Origin: Burkholderiales bacterium
GTDB lineage: Bacteria; Pseudomonadota; Gammaproteobacteria; Burkholderiales; Burkholderiaceae_C
DNA length: 64,000 nucleotides
Assembly (NCBI GenBank): GCA_040007475.1
Contig: JBDTVC010000002.1
Location: forward strand, 4,921-68,920
Reading direction: 5' to 3'
Shown: in pieces, positions 39,604 to 48,193 of the stretch
How positions within the stretch are numbered: position 1 is the first letter of the stretch
Layout of the letters: the number at the start of each line of letters is the position of its first letter
Translations under genes and position numbers: made by a program
Notes under the pieces: generated by a model
Seen by the model: the letters and a program-made list of their open reading frames with translations, nothing else
The model's database searches: none
What the model was told of the DNA's origin: nothing

Positions 39604-41322
39604 GTGTCCGCCGTCCTGACTTCGCCCGTGGCCGCGCTGCGCCAGCGCGCGCACTGGACCGACCGCATCGCGCACCTCGCGTTGCTGCTCGTCGTGCTGG
39701 CACTCGTGGTGTTTCTCGCACTGCCGCTGGCAAGCATCCTCGTCAAGGCGCTGCAGAGCAGCGATGGTGCGTTCGTCGGGTTGGTCAACTTCACGAGCTA
39801 CCTGGCGTCGCCGTCGCTGCTGACGTCGCTGTGGCACAGCGTGTGGATCTCGGCCGTCGTCACGGTCGTCACGCTGCCGCTGGCCTTCGGCTTCGCCTAC
39901 GCGCTGTCGCGCAGCTGCATGCCGTTCAAGGGGCTCTTTCGCACGATCGCGTTGATTCCGCTGCTGGCGCCGTCGCTCCTGTCGGCGCTGTCGCTGATCT
40001 ACTGGTTCGGCAACCAGGGGCTGGCGCGCGGGCTGATCCAGCGCCTGGGCTTCGAGAACATCTATGGCGCGCCGGGCATCGTCTTGGCCGAATGCTTCGC
40101 GGTGTTCCCGCACGTGCTGATGATCCTGATCACCGCGTTGTCGCTCGCCGACGCGCGGTTGTACGAAGCGGCGAACGCGCTGGGCACCGGCACGCGCCGC
40201 AAGTTCTTCACGATCACGCTGCCGGGCGCGAAGTACGGGCTGATTTCGGCCGCGTTGGTCGGGTTCACGCTGGTGATGACGGACTTCGGCATCCCGAAAG
40301 TGATCGGCGGCAACTTCAACATGCTCGCCACCGACGTGTTCAAGCTCGTGATCGGCCAGCAGGACTTCCAGCGCGGCGCCGTCGTCGGCCTGCTGCTGCT
40401 GACGCCGGCGCTGCTCACTTTCGGCATCGACTGGCTGGTGCAGCGAAAGCAGACGGCGATGCTGAGCGCGCGCGCGGTGCCGCTCAGGCCGAAGCCGTCG
40501 CGCGGGTTCGACGCGCTGATGCTCGGCTACGTCGGCCTCGTCAGCGCGCTGATGCTGGCGATGCTCGGCATGGCCGTCTTCGCCTCGTTCGCGACCTACT
40601 GGCCCTACAACCTGGCGCCGAGCTGGAAGCACTACACGATGGGCTTCGTCGACGCCGAGGTCGGCGAGGCCTTTCTGAACAGCCTGAAGCTCGCCGCCGG
40701 AACGGCGTTCTTCGGCACCATCGTCGTCTTCGTCGGCGCCTACATGCTCGAGAAGACCCGCGGCCTCGACGCGATCCGCCCGTTGGTGCGCCTGCTCGCG
40801 ATGCTGCCGATGGCGGTGCCGGGGCTGGTGCTCGGCCTCGGCTACATCTTCTTCTTCAACGCGCCCGGCAATCCGCTGAACGGTCTCTACCAGACGCTGA
40901 CGCTGCTCGTGATCTGCACCATCGTCCACTTCTACACGACCGGCCACCTGACGGCGGTGACGGCGCTGAAGGCGCTCGACGCGGAGTTCGAATCGGTCTC
41001 GGCCTCGCTGAAGGTGCCGTTCTTCAAGACCTTCTGGCGCGTCACGCTGCCGATCTGCACGCCGACCTTGCTCGACATCGCGCGCTACTTCTTCATCAAC
41101 GCGATGACGACGATCTCGGCGGTGGTCTTCTTGTACTCACCCTCGACCAAGGTCGCGTCGATCGCGATCCTGAACCTCGACGAAGCCGGCGAGGCCGGCG
41201 CCGCCGCGGCGTGCGCGGTACTCATCACGGCCGGTTCGACAGTCGTGACGCTGCTGTTCATCGCCCTGGGCTGGTGGGTGGACAAGCGGACTCAGGCCTG
41301 GCGCAACACGGCCACCCGATAG
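39604..41322 (+). CDS. phnU: AEP-type ABC transporter permease (fused double permease)
   Basis: About 572 aa with about 12 TM and two permease modules. There is no in-frame ATG near the 5' end, so GTG at 39604 (20 nt after the phnT stop) was chosen. The start is uncertain. Confidence 0.8.
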   Translation: MSAVLTSPVAALRQRAHWTDRIAHLALLLVVLALVVFLALPLASILVKALQSSDGAFVGLVNFTSYLASPSLLTSLWHSVWISAVVTVVTLPLAFGFAYALSRSCMPFKGLFRTIALIPLLAPSLLSALSLIYWFGNQGLARGLIQRLGFENIYGAPGIVLAECFAVFPHVLMILITALSLADARLYEAANALGTGTRRKFFTITLPGAKYGLISAALVGFTLVMTDFGIPKVIGGNFNMLATDVFKLVIGQQDFQRGAVVGLLLLTPALLTFGIDWLVQRKQTAMLSARAVPLRPKPSRGFDALMLGYVGLVSALMLAMLGMAVFASFATYWPYNLAPSWKHYTMGFVDAEVGEAFLNSLKLAAGTAFFGTIVVFVGAYMLEKTRGLDAIRPLVRLLAMLPMAVPGLVLGLGYIFFFNAPGNPLNGLYQTLTLLVICTIVHFYTTGHLTAVTALKALDAEFESVSASLKVPFFKTFWRVTLPICTPTLLDIARYFFINAMTTISAVVFLYSPSTKVASIAILNLDEAGEAGAAAACAVLITAGSTVVTLLFIALGWWVDKRTQAWRNTATR

Positions 41323-41332
41323 CGAGCACACG

Positions 41333-42133
41333 ATGACCCACGAACGATCCGACCTGCGACTGGCCGTCGCGCAGCAGCCGATGGAATGGACCACCGAGCG
41401 CAACGTGTTGCACATGATCACGGCGCTCGAGCTGGCGGCGGCACAGGGCGCGCAGCTCTGCCTGTTCCCCGAACTCGCGCTGACCGGGTTCCACCGGCAG
41501 GTTCGCGAGCAGGCGCGACCGGAGATCGTCGGGCCGGCGCTGCGGCGCGTGCGCGCGGCCTGCCGCGATGCCCGCGTCGCCAGCCTGATCGGGCTGCCGA
41601 CGTTCGGTGCCGATGGCGCGGTGTTGAACAGCTACGCGTTGGTCGACGCGGAGGGTGCCGTGGGCGCGACGATCCACAAGAACGGGCTGACGGCGGCCGA
41701 GCTGACCTTCTTCGCGGCCGGCACCGAGCGGCCGCTGACGCGCTTCGCCGGGCGCAATTGCACGACCGTGATGTGCCGCGAGATCGAGGACGTCGATGCG
41801 ATCGCAGCGCAGCTGGCCGATGAATCGGTTCAGCTCGTCTTCTGGCCGTCGATCGTCGGCTACCCGCCGGGCACGATCGCCGAGCCGGAGCGCGCCGTGC
41901 AGGGCCTGGGTTACCGCCAGCGCGCGGGCGAGTTCGCGCGGCGCTTCAACGCACACCTCGTGCAATGCAACTGGCCGCACGCGCTCAACACGCCGGAGCG
42001 CAACTACCAGGGCGAGAGCAAGGCCTACGGGCCCGATGGCGAGGTCCTGCTGACGTTGCCGCGCGACGAGGCCGGGCTGGCCGTCTTCGATCTCAGCGCG
42101 CGTGATTTTCAATGGACGCCGATGCCGGCGTGA
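41333..42133 (+). CDS. Carbon-nitrogen hydrolase (nitrilase-superfamily amidase)
   Basis: 266 aa. Candidate Glu-Lys-Cys triad in [16 protein letters not shown] and VMCREIED. Confidence 0.8.
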   Translation: MTHERSDLRLAVAQQPMEWTTERNVLHMITALELAAAQGAQLCLFPELALTGFHRQVREQARPEIVGPALRRVRAACRDARVASLIGLPTFGADGAVLNSYALVDAEGAVGATIHKNGLTAAELTFFAAGTERPLTRFAGRNCTTVMCREIEDVDAIAAQLADESVQLVFWPSIVGYPPGTIAEPERAVQGLGYRQRAGEFARRFNAHLVQCNWPHALNTPERNYQGESKAYGPDGEVLLTLPRDEAGLAVFDLSARDFQWTPMPA

Positions 42134-42152
42134 CAAGAACCAGGAGACCCCC

Positions 42153-43256
42153 ATGGACCGCGACGCCATCCTGCTGACCCCCGGCCCGCTGACGACCACC
42201 TTGCGCACCAAGCTCGCGATGCTGCGCGACTGGGGGTCGTGGGACACCGACTTCATCAAAGTCACCGCCGAGCTGCGGCGCCAGCTGCTTGCGATCGTGC
42301 ATGGCGAGGCCTCGCACACGGTCGTGCCCTTGCAAGGCAGCGGTACCTTCTCGGTCGAGGCGGCCGTCGCGACCGTGGTGCCTCGCGACGGTCACATGCT
42401 GGTGCTCGACAACGGCGCGTACTGCAAGCGGCTGGGCAAGCTCGCGACGCTGATGGGCCGGCGCACGACGATCATGGAGCACGCCGAGGACCAGGCCGTG
42501 TCGGCGCCCGCGCTGGACGCCAAGCTGAGCGAAGACCCGAGCATCACCCACGTCGGCTTCATCCACTGCGAGACCGGCACCGGCGTGCTGAACCCGCTGC
42601 AGGCGGTCAGCGAGGTCTGCGCGCGCCACGGCAAGGGGCTGATCATCGATGCGATGAGCTCGTTCGCCGCGCTGCCGATCGATGCGCGCGAGGTTCGGTT
42701 CGATGCGCTCGTGGCGGCCAGCGGCAAGTGCCTGGAGGGCGTGCCGGGCATGGGCTTCGTGTTCCTGCGCAAGGACATCCTGGCCGGTTGCGAGGGCCAA
42801 TCGCACTCGCTGGCGATGGACCTGTTCGACCAGCATGCCTATATGGAGAAGACCGGCCAGTGGCGCTTCACCCCGCCGACGCACGTGGTGGCGGCGCTGG
42901 CCGAGGCGCTGCGCCAGTACGAGGAGGAGGGCGGCCAGACCGCGCGCCTGGCGCGCTACACCGACAACTGCCGCACGCTGATCGACGGGATGCAGGCGCT
43001 GGGCTTCAAGCCGTTCCTGCCGGCGGCGCTGCAGGCGCCGATCATCGTGACGTTCCACGCCCCGGCCGATCGCGCCTACGAGTTCCGACCCTTCTACGAA
43101 GCGGCCAAGCAACGAGGCTTCATCCTGTACCCGGGTAAGCTGACGCAGGTCGAGACCTTTCGCGTCGGCTGCATCGGCGCGATCGGACGCAACGAGATGC
43201 AGCAGGCCGTGAACGCGGTCTCCGATTCGATGCGCGCGCTCGGCATCACCACCTGA
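42153..43256 (+). CDS. phnW: 2-aminoethylphosphonate:pyruvate aminotransferase
   Basis: [34 protein letters not shown] is the characteristic PhnW N-terminus; class-V aminotransferase, 367 aa. AGGAGA is the RBS. Confidence 0.9.
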   Translation: MDRDAILLTPGPLTTTLRTKLAMLRDWGSWDTDFIKVTAELRRQLLAIVHGEASHTVVPLQGSGTFSVEAAVATVVPRDGHMLVLDNGAYCKRLGKLATLMGRRTTIMEHAEDQAVSAPALDAKLSEDPSITHVGFIHCETGTGVLNPLQAVSEVCARHGKGLIIDAMSSFAALPIDAREVRFDALVAASGKCLEGVPGMGFVFLRKDILAGCEGQSHSLAMDLFDQHAYMEKTGQWRFTPPTHVVAALAEALRQYEEEGGQTARLARYTDNCRTLIDGMQALGFKPFLPAALQAPIIVTFHAPADRAYEFRPFYEAAKQRGFILYPGKLTQVETFRVGCIGAIGRNEMQQAVNAVSDSMRALGITT

Positions 43257-43266
43257 GGATATTGCG

Positions 43267-44637
43267 ATGGCACAGAAGGAACATCCGGCACTTGCCGCCG
43301 TCCGCAAGTCGGGCACCGGCAAGGTCAAGGTCGCGGTCAGCGACATCGACGGGATCCTGCGTGGCAAGTACCTCCACATCGACAAGTTCCTCGGCGCCGC
43401 GGAGCCGCACCCGAACGGCGGCTTCGGCTTCTGCGACGTGGTGTTCGGCTGGGACGCGAACGACAACTGCTACGACAACGCGACGCTGACCGGCTGGCAG
43501 CACGGCTTCCCGGATGCGCTGGCGCGGCTCGATCTCGGCACGCACCGCCACGTGCCGTGGGACGACGGCGTGCCGATGTTCCTTGGCGAGTTCGTCAACG
43601 GCGACGGCAGCCCCTCGCCGATCTGCCCGCGCCAGACGCTCAAGCGTGTGCTCAAGCGCGCCGGGAAGCTCGGCGTGCTGCCGATGGCCGGCATGGAGTT
43701 CGAGTGGTTCAACTTCAGTGAAACGCCGCAGAGCTGGGCCAGCAAGCGCGGCGTCGGTCCGGAGCCGATCACGCCGGGCATGTTCGGCTATTCACTGCTG
43801 CGCATGAACCACAAGCGCGAATTCTTCAAGGCGCTGATGGACGAGATGCCGCTGTTCGGCGTGCCCATCGAAGGCCTGCATACCGAGACCGGGCCCGGTG
43901 TCTACGAAGTGGCCATCGCGTTCAGCGAGGCGCTCGAGCAGGCCGACCGTGCGATCCTGTTCAAGACCGGCGCGAAGGAGATCGGCGCGCGCTTCGGCGT
44001 GATGCCCAGCTTCATGGCGAAGTGGAACCAGCAGCTGCCGGGCTGCTCGGGGCACATCCACCAGAGCCTGTCGGACGGCAAGACGAATCTGTTCTTCGAC
44101 GCGAAGTCGCCGCGCAAGATGAGCAAGCTGTTCGAGAGCTACCTCGCGGGTCAGGTCGCATGCCTGATGGAGATGGCGCCGATGTTCTGGCCGACGATCA
44201 ACAGCTACAAGCGGCTGGTCGACGGCTTCTGGGCACCGGTCAAGCCGACCTGGGGCATCGACAACCGCACGGCGAGCTTTCGCGTGATCGCCGGCAGCCC
44301 GAAGGCCACGCGTCTCGAGACGCGCTGCCCTGGTGCCGACGTGAACCCGTACCTCGCGATGGCCGCGGTGATCGCCGCCGGCCTGCACGGTGTCGAGAAG
44401 GGCCTGAAGCTCACCGCGCCGCCGATCACCGGCACCAATGGCGGGGCAGAGCACATCCCGCGCGCGCCGCGCACGCTGATCGAGACGACGATCAATTTCA
44501 AGCAGTCGACCATCGCCCGCGACTGGTTCGGCGACGACTTCGTCGACCACTTCGCGGCCACGCGCGAGTGGGAGTGGCGGCAGTGGCTGGACGGCGTGAC
44601 CGACTGGGAACTGAAGCGCTACTTCGAGATCATCTGA
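43267..44637 (+). CDS. Glutamine-synthetase-family ligase (predicted gamma-glutamyl-amine synthetase, PuuA/GlnA-like)
   Basis: 456 aa with GS catalytic-domain strings GMEFEWF, HTETGPGVYEVA, GCSGHIHQSL, NSYKRL and NRTASFRV. It lacks the GlnA adenylylation loop seen in the true glnA at 53704. Confidence 0.8.
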   Translation: MAQKEHPALAAVRKSGTGKVKVAVSDIDGILRGKYLHIDKFLGAAEPHPNGGFGFCDVVFGWDANDNCYDNATLTGWQHGFPDALARLDLGTHRHVPWDDGVPMFLGEFVNGDGSPSPICPRQTLKRVLKRAGKLGVLPMAGMEFEWFNFSETPQSWASKRGVGPEPITPGMFGYSLLRMNHKREFFKALMDEMPLFGVPIEGLHTETGPGVYEVAIAFSEALEQADRAILFKTGAKEIGARFGVMPSFMAKWNQQLPGCSGHIHQSLSDGKTNLFFDAKSPRKMSKLFESYLAGQVACLMEMAPMFWPTINSYKRLVDGFWAPVKPTWGIDNRTASFRVIAGSPKATRLETRCPGADVNPYLAMAAVIAAGLHGVEKGLKLTAPPITGTNGGAEHIPRAPRTLIETTINFKQSTIARDWFGDDFVDHFAATREWEWRQWLDGVTDWELKRYFEII

Positions 44638-46220
44638 TGAATGCGTGGGTCACCCGGATCGTTGCCCTGGCCTTGTGCGCCGCCGCAGGCACCGCGAACG
44701 CGGTCACGCTGCGAATCGCCAGTGCGTTCGACCCGCAGACGATGGACCCGCACGCGATCGCGCTGCTGTACCAGACGCGCGTCTCGGCGCAGGTCTACGA
44801 GTCGCTGCTCAATCGTGACGAACGGTTCCAGCTGGAGCCCTCGCTTGCGCTGTCGTGGCAGGCGGTGAGCCCGACCCTGTGGCGCTTCAAGCTGCGGCCC
44901 GGCGTGTTTTTCCACGACGGCACGCCGTTCACGGCCGATGATGCGGTGTTCTCGTTCGACCGCGCGATGGCGCCGCCCTCGCAGCGCTCGTTCCAGCTCA
45001 AAGGCGTGAAGGCGGTCCGCAAGGTCGACCTGCTGACGATCGAGATCGACCTCGAGGCGCCCGATTCGGTGCTGCCCGAGAAACTCACGCAGCTCGGCAT
45101 GGTGAGCAAGGCCTGGTGCGTGAAGCACGGCGTCGAGAAGGCCCAGGACTTCAACGGCAAGCAGGAGACCTTCGCGGTGCGCAACGCCAACGGCACCGGC
45201 CCGTTCGCGCTCGACCGCTTCGAGCCGGACGTGCGGACCGTGCTCAAGCGCAACCCGCGCTGGTGGGGTGGCCGTGAGCAGGGCGCCGACAAGCGCAACG
45301 GCAATCTCGACGAGGTCACGCTGGTCGCGATCCGCTCCGACGCCACGCGCATTGCCGCGCTGATCTCGGGCGAGATCGACCTGGTGCTGGACCCGCCGGT
45401 GCAGGATGTCGAGCGCCTGAAGGGCGAGTCGGCGATCAAGCTGCAGCAGATCACCGACCTCGGCCAGCAGTACCTCGCGCTGGACGTCGGTCGCGACGAG
45501 CTGACCGACAGCGACGTGAAGGGCAAGAACCCGTTCAGGGACCTGCGCGTGCGCCGGGCGATCTACCACGCGTTGAACATGCCGCTCCTGACTCAGAAGG
45601 TCTTGCGCGGCCTGGGTGTGCCGACCGGTGCGTTCCTGTCGCCCCGCGTCGACGGCTCGCCGCCGGAGCTCGACAAGCGATTGCCTTACGACGTGGTGGA
45701 GGCGAAGGCGCTGCTCACAGAAGCCGGGTATCCGAACGGCTTCGCGATCACGCTGGATTGCGTCAATGTGCCGTGGCGCGAGGCGGCCTGCCAGGCCATG
45801 GCCGCGATGCTGACGCAAGCCGGGATCCGCGCGACGATGCGCAGCGCGCCGACCAACCAGTTCTTCCCGAAGCTGACCGGCGCGACCGCGAGTTTCATGG
45901 AGTTCGGCTGGACGCCGAGCCCCGACGCGTGGGCATCGTTGAACGCGCTGTTCCGCACCTGGGACAAGTCGGGCGGCGGCACCTTCAACGGCGGCCGCTA
46001 CAGCAACGCGAAGCTCGACGCCTTGATCGACAATCTGCGCGTCGAGCCCGACCTGACCCGTCGCCGCGCGATGGTCGGCACCGTACTGCGGATGGTCGGC
46101 GACGACCTGCCGCTGATCCCGTTGTATCGCCGCACGCTGACCTGGGCGATGAGCAACAAGGTCAGCACCGTTCAATGGCCCAACGACTCGCCCGAGTTGC
46201 GCTGGGTTCGCCTCAAGTAA
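44637..46220 (+). CDS. Family-5 (peptide/opine/nickel-type) ABC substrate-binding protein, orphan
   Basis: Signal peptide MNAWVTRIVALALCAAAGTANA; 527 aa. The ATG shares one nt with the upstream TGA. No cognate permease or ATPase genes are adjacent. Confidence 0.8.
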   Translation: MNAWVTRIVALALCAAAGTANAVTLRIASAFDPQTMDPHAIALLYQTRVSAQVYESLLNRDERFQLEPSLALSWQAVSPTLWRFKLRPGVFFHDGTPFTADDAVFSFDRAMAPPSQRSFQLKGVKAVRKVDLLTIEIDLEAPDSVLPEKLTQLGMVSKAWCVKHGVEKAQDFNGKQETFAVRNANGTGPFALDRFEPDVRTVLKRNPRWWGGREQGADKRNGNLDEVTLVAIRSDATRIAALISGEIDLVLDPPVQDVERLKGESAIKLQQITDLGQQYLALDVGRDELTDSDVKGKNPFRDLRVRRAIYHALNMPLLTQKVLRGLGVPTGAFLSPRVDGSPPELDKRLPYDVVEAKALLTEAGYPNGFAITLDCVNVPWREAACQAMAAMLTQAGIRATMRSAPTNQFFPKLTGATASFMEFGWTPSPDAWASLNALFRTWDKSGGGTFNGGRYSNAKLDALIDNLRVEPDLTRRRAMVGTVLRMVGDDLPLIPLYRRTLTWAMSNKVSTVQWPNDSPELRWVRLK

Positions 46221-46233
46221 CCGGCTTCGCACC

Positions 46234-47373
46234 ATGAGCATCACCCGCTTCTCGTTCCCGACCATCATCCATTTCGGCGCCGGCGCGCGCGCGCTCGCCG
46301 GGCCGCACCTGAAGGACCTCGGGCTGCGCCGCCCGCTGATCGTCACCGACAAGGGCTTGGCCGCGCTGCCGCTGATGAAGGAGTTCGCTGCCGGCCTCGA
46401 TTCGGCCGGGCTCGCGGTGGCGGTGTACGGCGGCGTGTTCGGCAACCCGACCGGCAGCCAGGTGATGGGCGGTGCCGCGGCCTACAAGGCACACGAAGCG
46501 GACTGCGTGATCGGCGTGGGTGGCGGTGCTGCGCTCGATGTGGCCAAGGTCGTCGGCCTGCTGGCCACGCACCCCGGCGACGTGATGGAGTACGTCTGGG
46601 ATCACCCGCAGGTCCGCGCGATCGATCCGGCCATGTTGCCGTACTTCATCGCGCTGCCGACCACCTCGGGCACCGGCAGCGAGGTCGGCCGCAGCAGCGT
46701 GATCAGCGAGGAGGAGTCGCACGTCAAGCGCGTGATCTTCTCGCCGGCGATCCTTGCCAAGGTGGTGTTCGCCGACCCCGAACTCACGCTCGGCCTCCCG
46801 CCGGCCGTGACCGCGGCGACCGGCATGGACGCGCTCACGCACAACATCGAGAGCTACCTCTCGCCCGCGTACCACCCGCTGTGCGACGGCATCGCGCTCG
46901 AAGGCACGCGCATCGCCGCGCGTGCGCTGCTGACGGCGGTGCGCGAGCCGGGCAACGTGCAGGCGCGCGCCGACATGATGATGAGCTCGATGATGGGTGC
47001 GATCGCATTCCAGAAAGACCTGGGCGCGGTGCACTCGTGCGCGCATGCGCTCGGCACGGTGTGCGACCTGCACCACGGTCTGGCCAACGCGCTGATGATC
47101 GAGCCGGTGATGAGCTACAACCGCGAAGCGGTGCCGCACAAGTTCGCCGAACTCGCGCACGCTGTTGGCGTGTCGTCCGTGAGCGGCTTCGTGCCGTGGC
47201 TGGCACACCTGAAGCAACGGGTCGGTATCCCGCCAGGGCTGGCCGCTGCCGGTGTCAGGCGCGAGCAGATTCCGCGGTTGGTCGAGATCGCCACGCGGGA
47301 CATCTGCCACCAGACCAATCCGCGCCCCTGCGAGGCGGCCGATTTCGAGCGCTTCTTCAAGGAAGCGTACTGA
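46234..47373 (+). CDS. Group-III iron-containing alcohol dehydrogenase
   Basis: 379 aa with VIGVGGGAALDVAK and His-rich metal-site strings (HNIESY, HSCAHALG). Confidence 0.85.
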   Translation: MSITRFSFPTIIHFGAGARALAGPHLKDLGLRRPLIVTDKGLAALPLMKEFAAGLDSAGLAVAVYGGVFGNPTGSQVMGGAAAYKAHEADCVIGVGGGAALDVAKVVGLLATHPGDVMEYVWDHPQVRAIDPAMLPYFIALPTTSGTGSEVGRSSVISEEESHVKRVIFSPAILAKVVFADPELTLGLPPAVTAATGMDALTHNIESYLSPAYHPLCDGIALEGTRIAARALLTAVREPGNVQARADMMMSSMMGAIAFQKDLGAVHSCAHALGTVCDLHHGLANALMIEPVMSYNREAVPHKFAELAHAVGVSSVSGFVPWLAHLKQRVGIPPGLAAAGVRREQIPRLVEIATRDICHQTNPRPCEAADFERFFKEAY

Positions 47374-47374
47374 C

Positions 47375-48181
47375 ATGGCCAAGCCTCTCATCATCGGCAT
47401 CTCGGCGCGCATCCACCATCCGGTCGGGCCGGTCCGCGACCTCGGCGGCGTCTATGCCAAGACGCTGCACTACCTCGAACAATCGGTCGCGCACTGGGTG
47501 CTCGCGAAAGACGTGCTCGCGGTGATGATCCCCGCGATCGAGAGCCAGGGCCTGATCGAGCGGAGCGAGATGAGCCTGAGCTCGTACGCCGAGTACCTCG
47601 ATGGCCTGGTGTTGCAGGGCGGCGCCGACATCGCGCCGCAGAGCTACGGCGAGACGCCACTGCACGCCGACTGGGCTGGCGACGCGGTGCGCGACCGCTA
47701 CGAGATCGATCTGTTCAACGCCTTCGTGGCCGCCGGCAAGCCGGTGATCGGCATCTGCCGTGGCTGCCAGCTTATCAACGTGGCGCTGGGCGGCACGCTG
47801 TTCCAGGACATCCCGACACAGCTGCCTTCAGCCGTCTCGCACCGCGACACCTCGATGTACGAGCGCGCGCTCCACGACGTGAGCTTCGTCGCCGGCTCGA
47901 AGCTGGCCACGCTGTACCCGGGCAGGGCGCAATCGAAGATCAACACCATCCACCACCAGGCCGTGAAGGACCTGGGCCGTGACCTGGTGATCGAGGCGGT
48001 GGGCGTTCCCGACGGCGTGGTCGAGGCGATCCGCTGGCGCGGGCCGAGCTATGTGTTCGGGATGCAATGGCACCCCGAGTTCCTCGCGCTGGCCACGCTC
48101 GACCAGGCGCAGCTGGACGGGGGCCCGATCCTGAAGGACTTCCTCGACAACGCGCGTGCCTGCCGCGACGCAATGACCTGA
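47375..48181 (+). CDS. Gamma-glutamyl-gamma-aminobutyrate-hydrolase-like amidotransferase (peptidase C26, PuuD family)
   Basis: Begins MAKPLIIGISAR. Nucleophile Cys in GICRGCQLINVALGG and His in MQWHPEF. Starts 1 nt after the ADH stop. Confidence 0.85.
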   Translation: MAKPLIIGISARIHHPVGPVRDLGGVYAKTLHYLEQSVAHWVLAKDVLAVMIPAIESQGLIERSEMSLSSYAEYLDGLVLQGGADIAPQSYGETPLHADWAGDAVRDRYEIDLFNAFVAAGKPVIGICRGCQLINVALGGTLFQDIPTQLPSAVSHRDTSMYERALHDVSFVAGSKLATLYPGRAQSKINTIHHQAVKDLGRDLVIEAVGVPDGVVEAIRWRGPSYVFGMQWHPEFLALATLDQAQLDGGPILKDFLDNARACRDAMT

Positions 48182-48193
48182 CTCCACCTCACC

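Noticed and set aside
44619-46445. 608-aa ORF on the minus strand. The long antisense ORFs 23578..24810, 25801..27183, 47828..49555 and 53632..55158 are similar cases.
   Set aside because: All lie opposite genes with strong family signatures. They are the usual stop-poor antisense frames of high-GC coding DNA.
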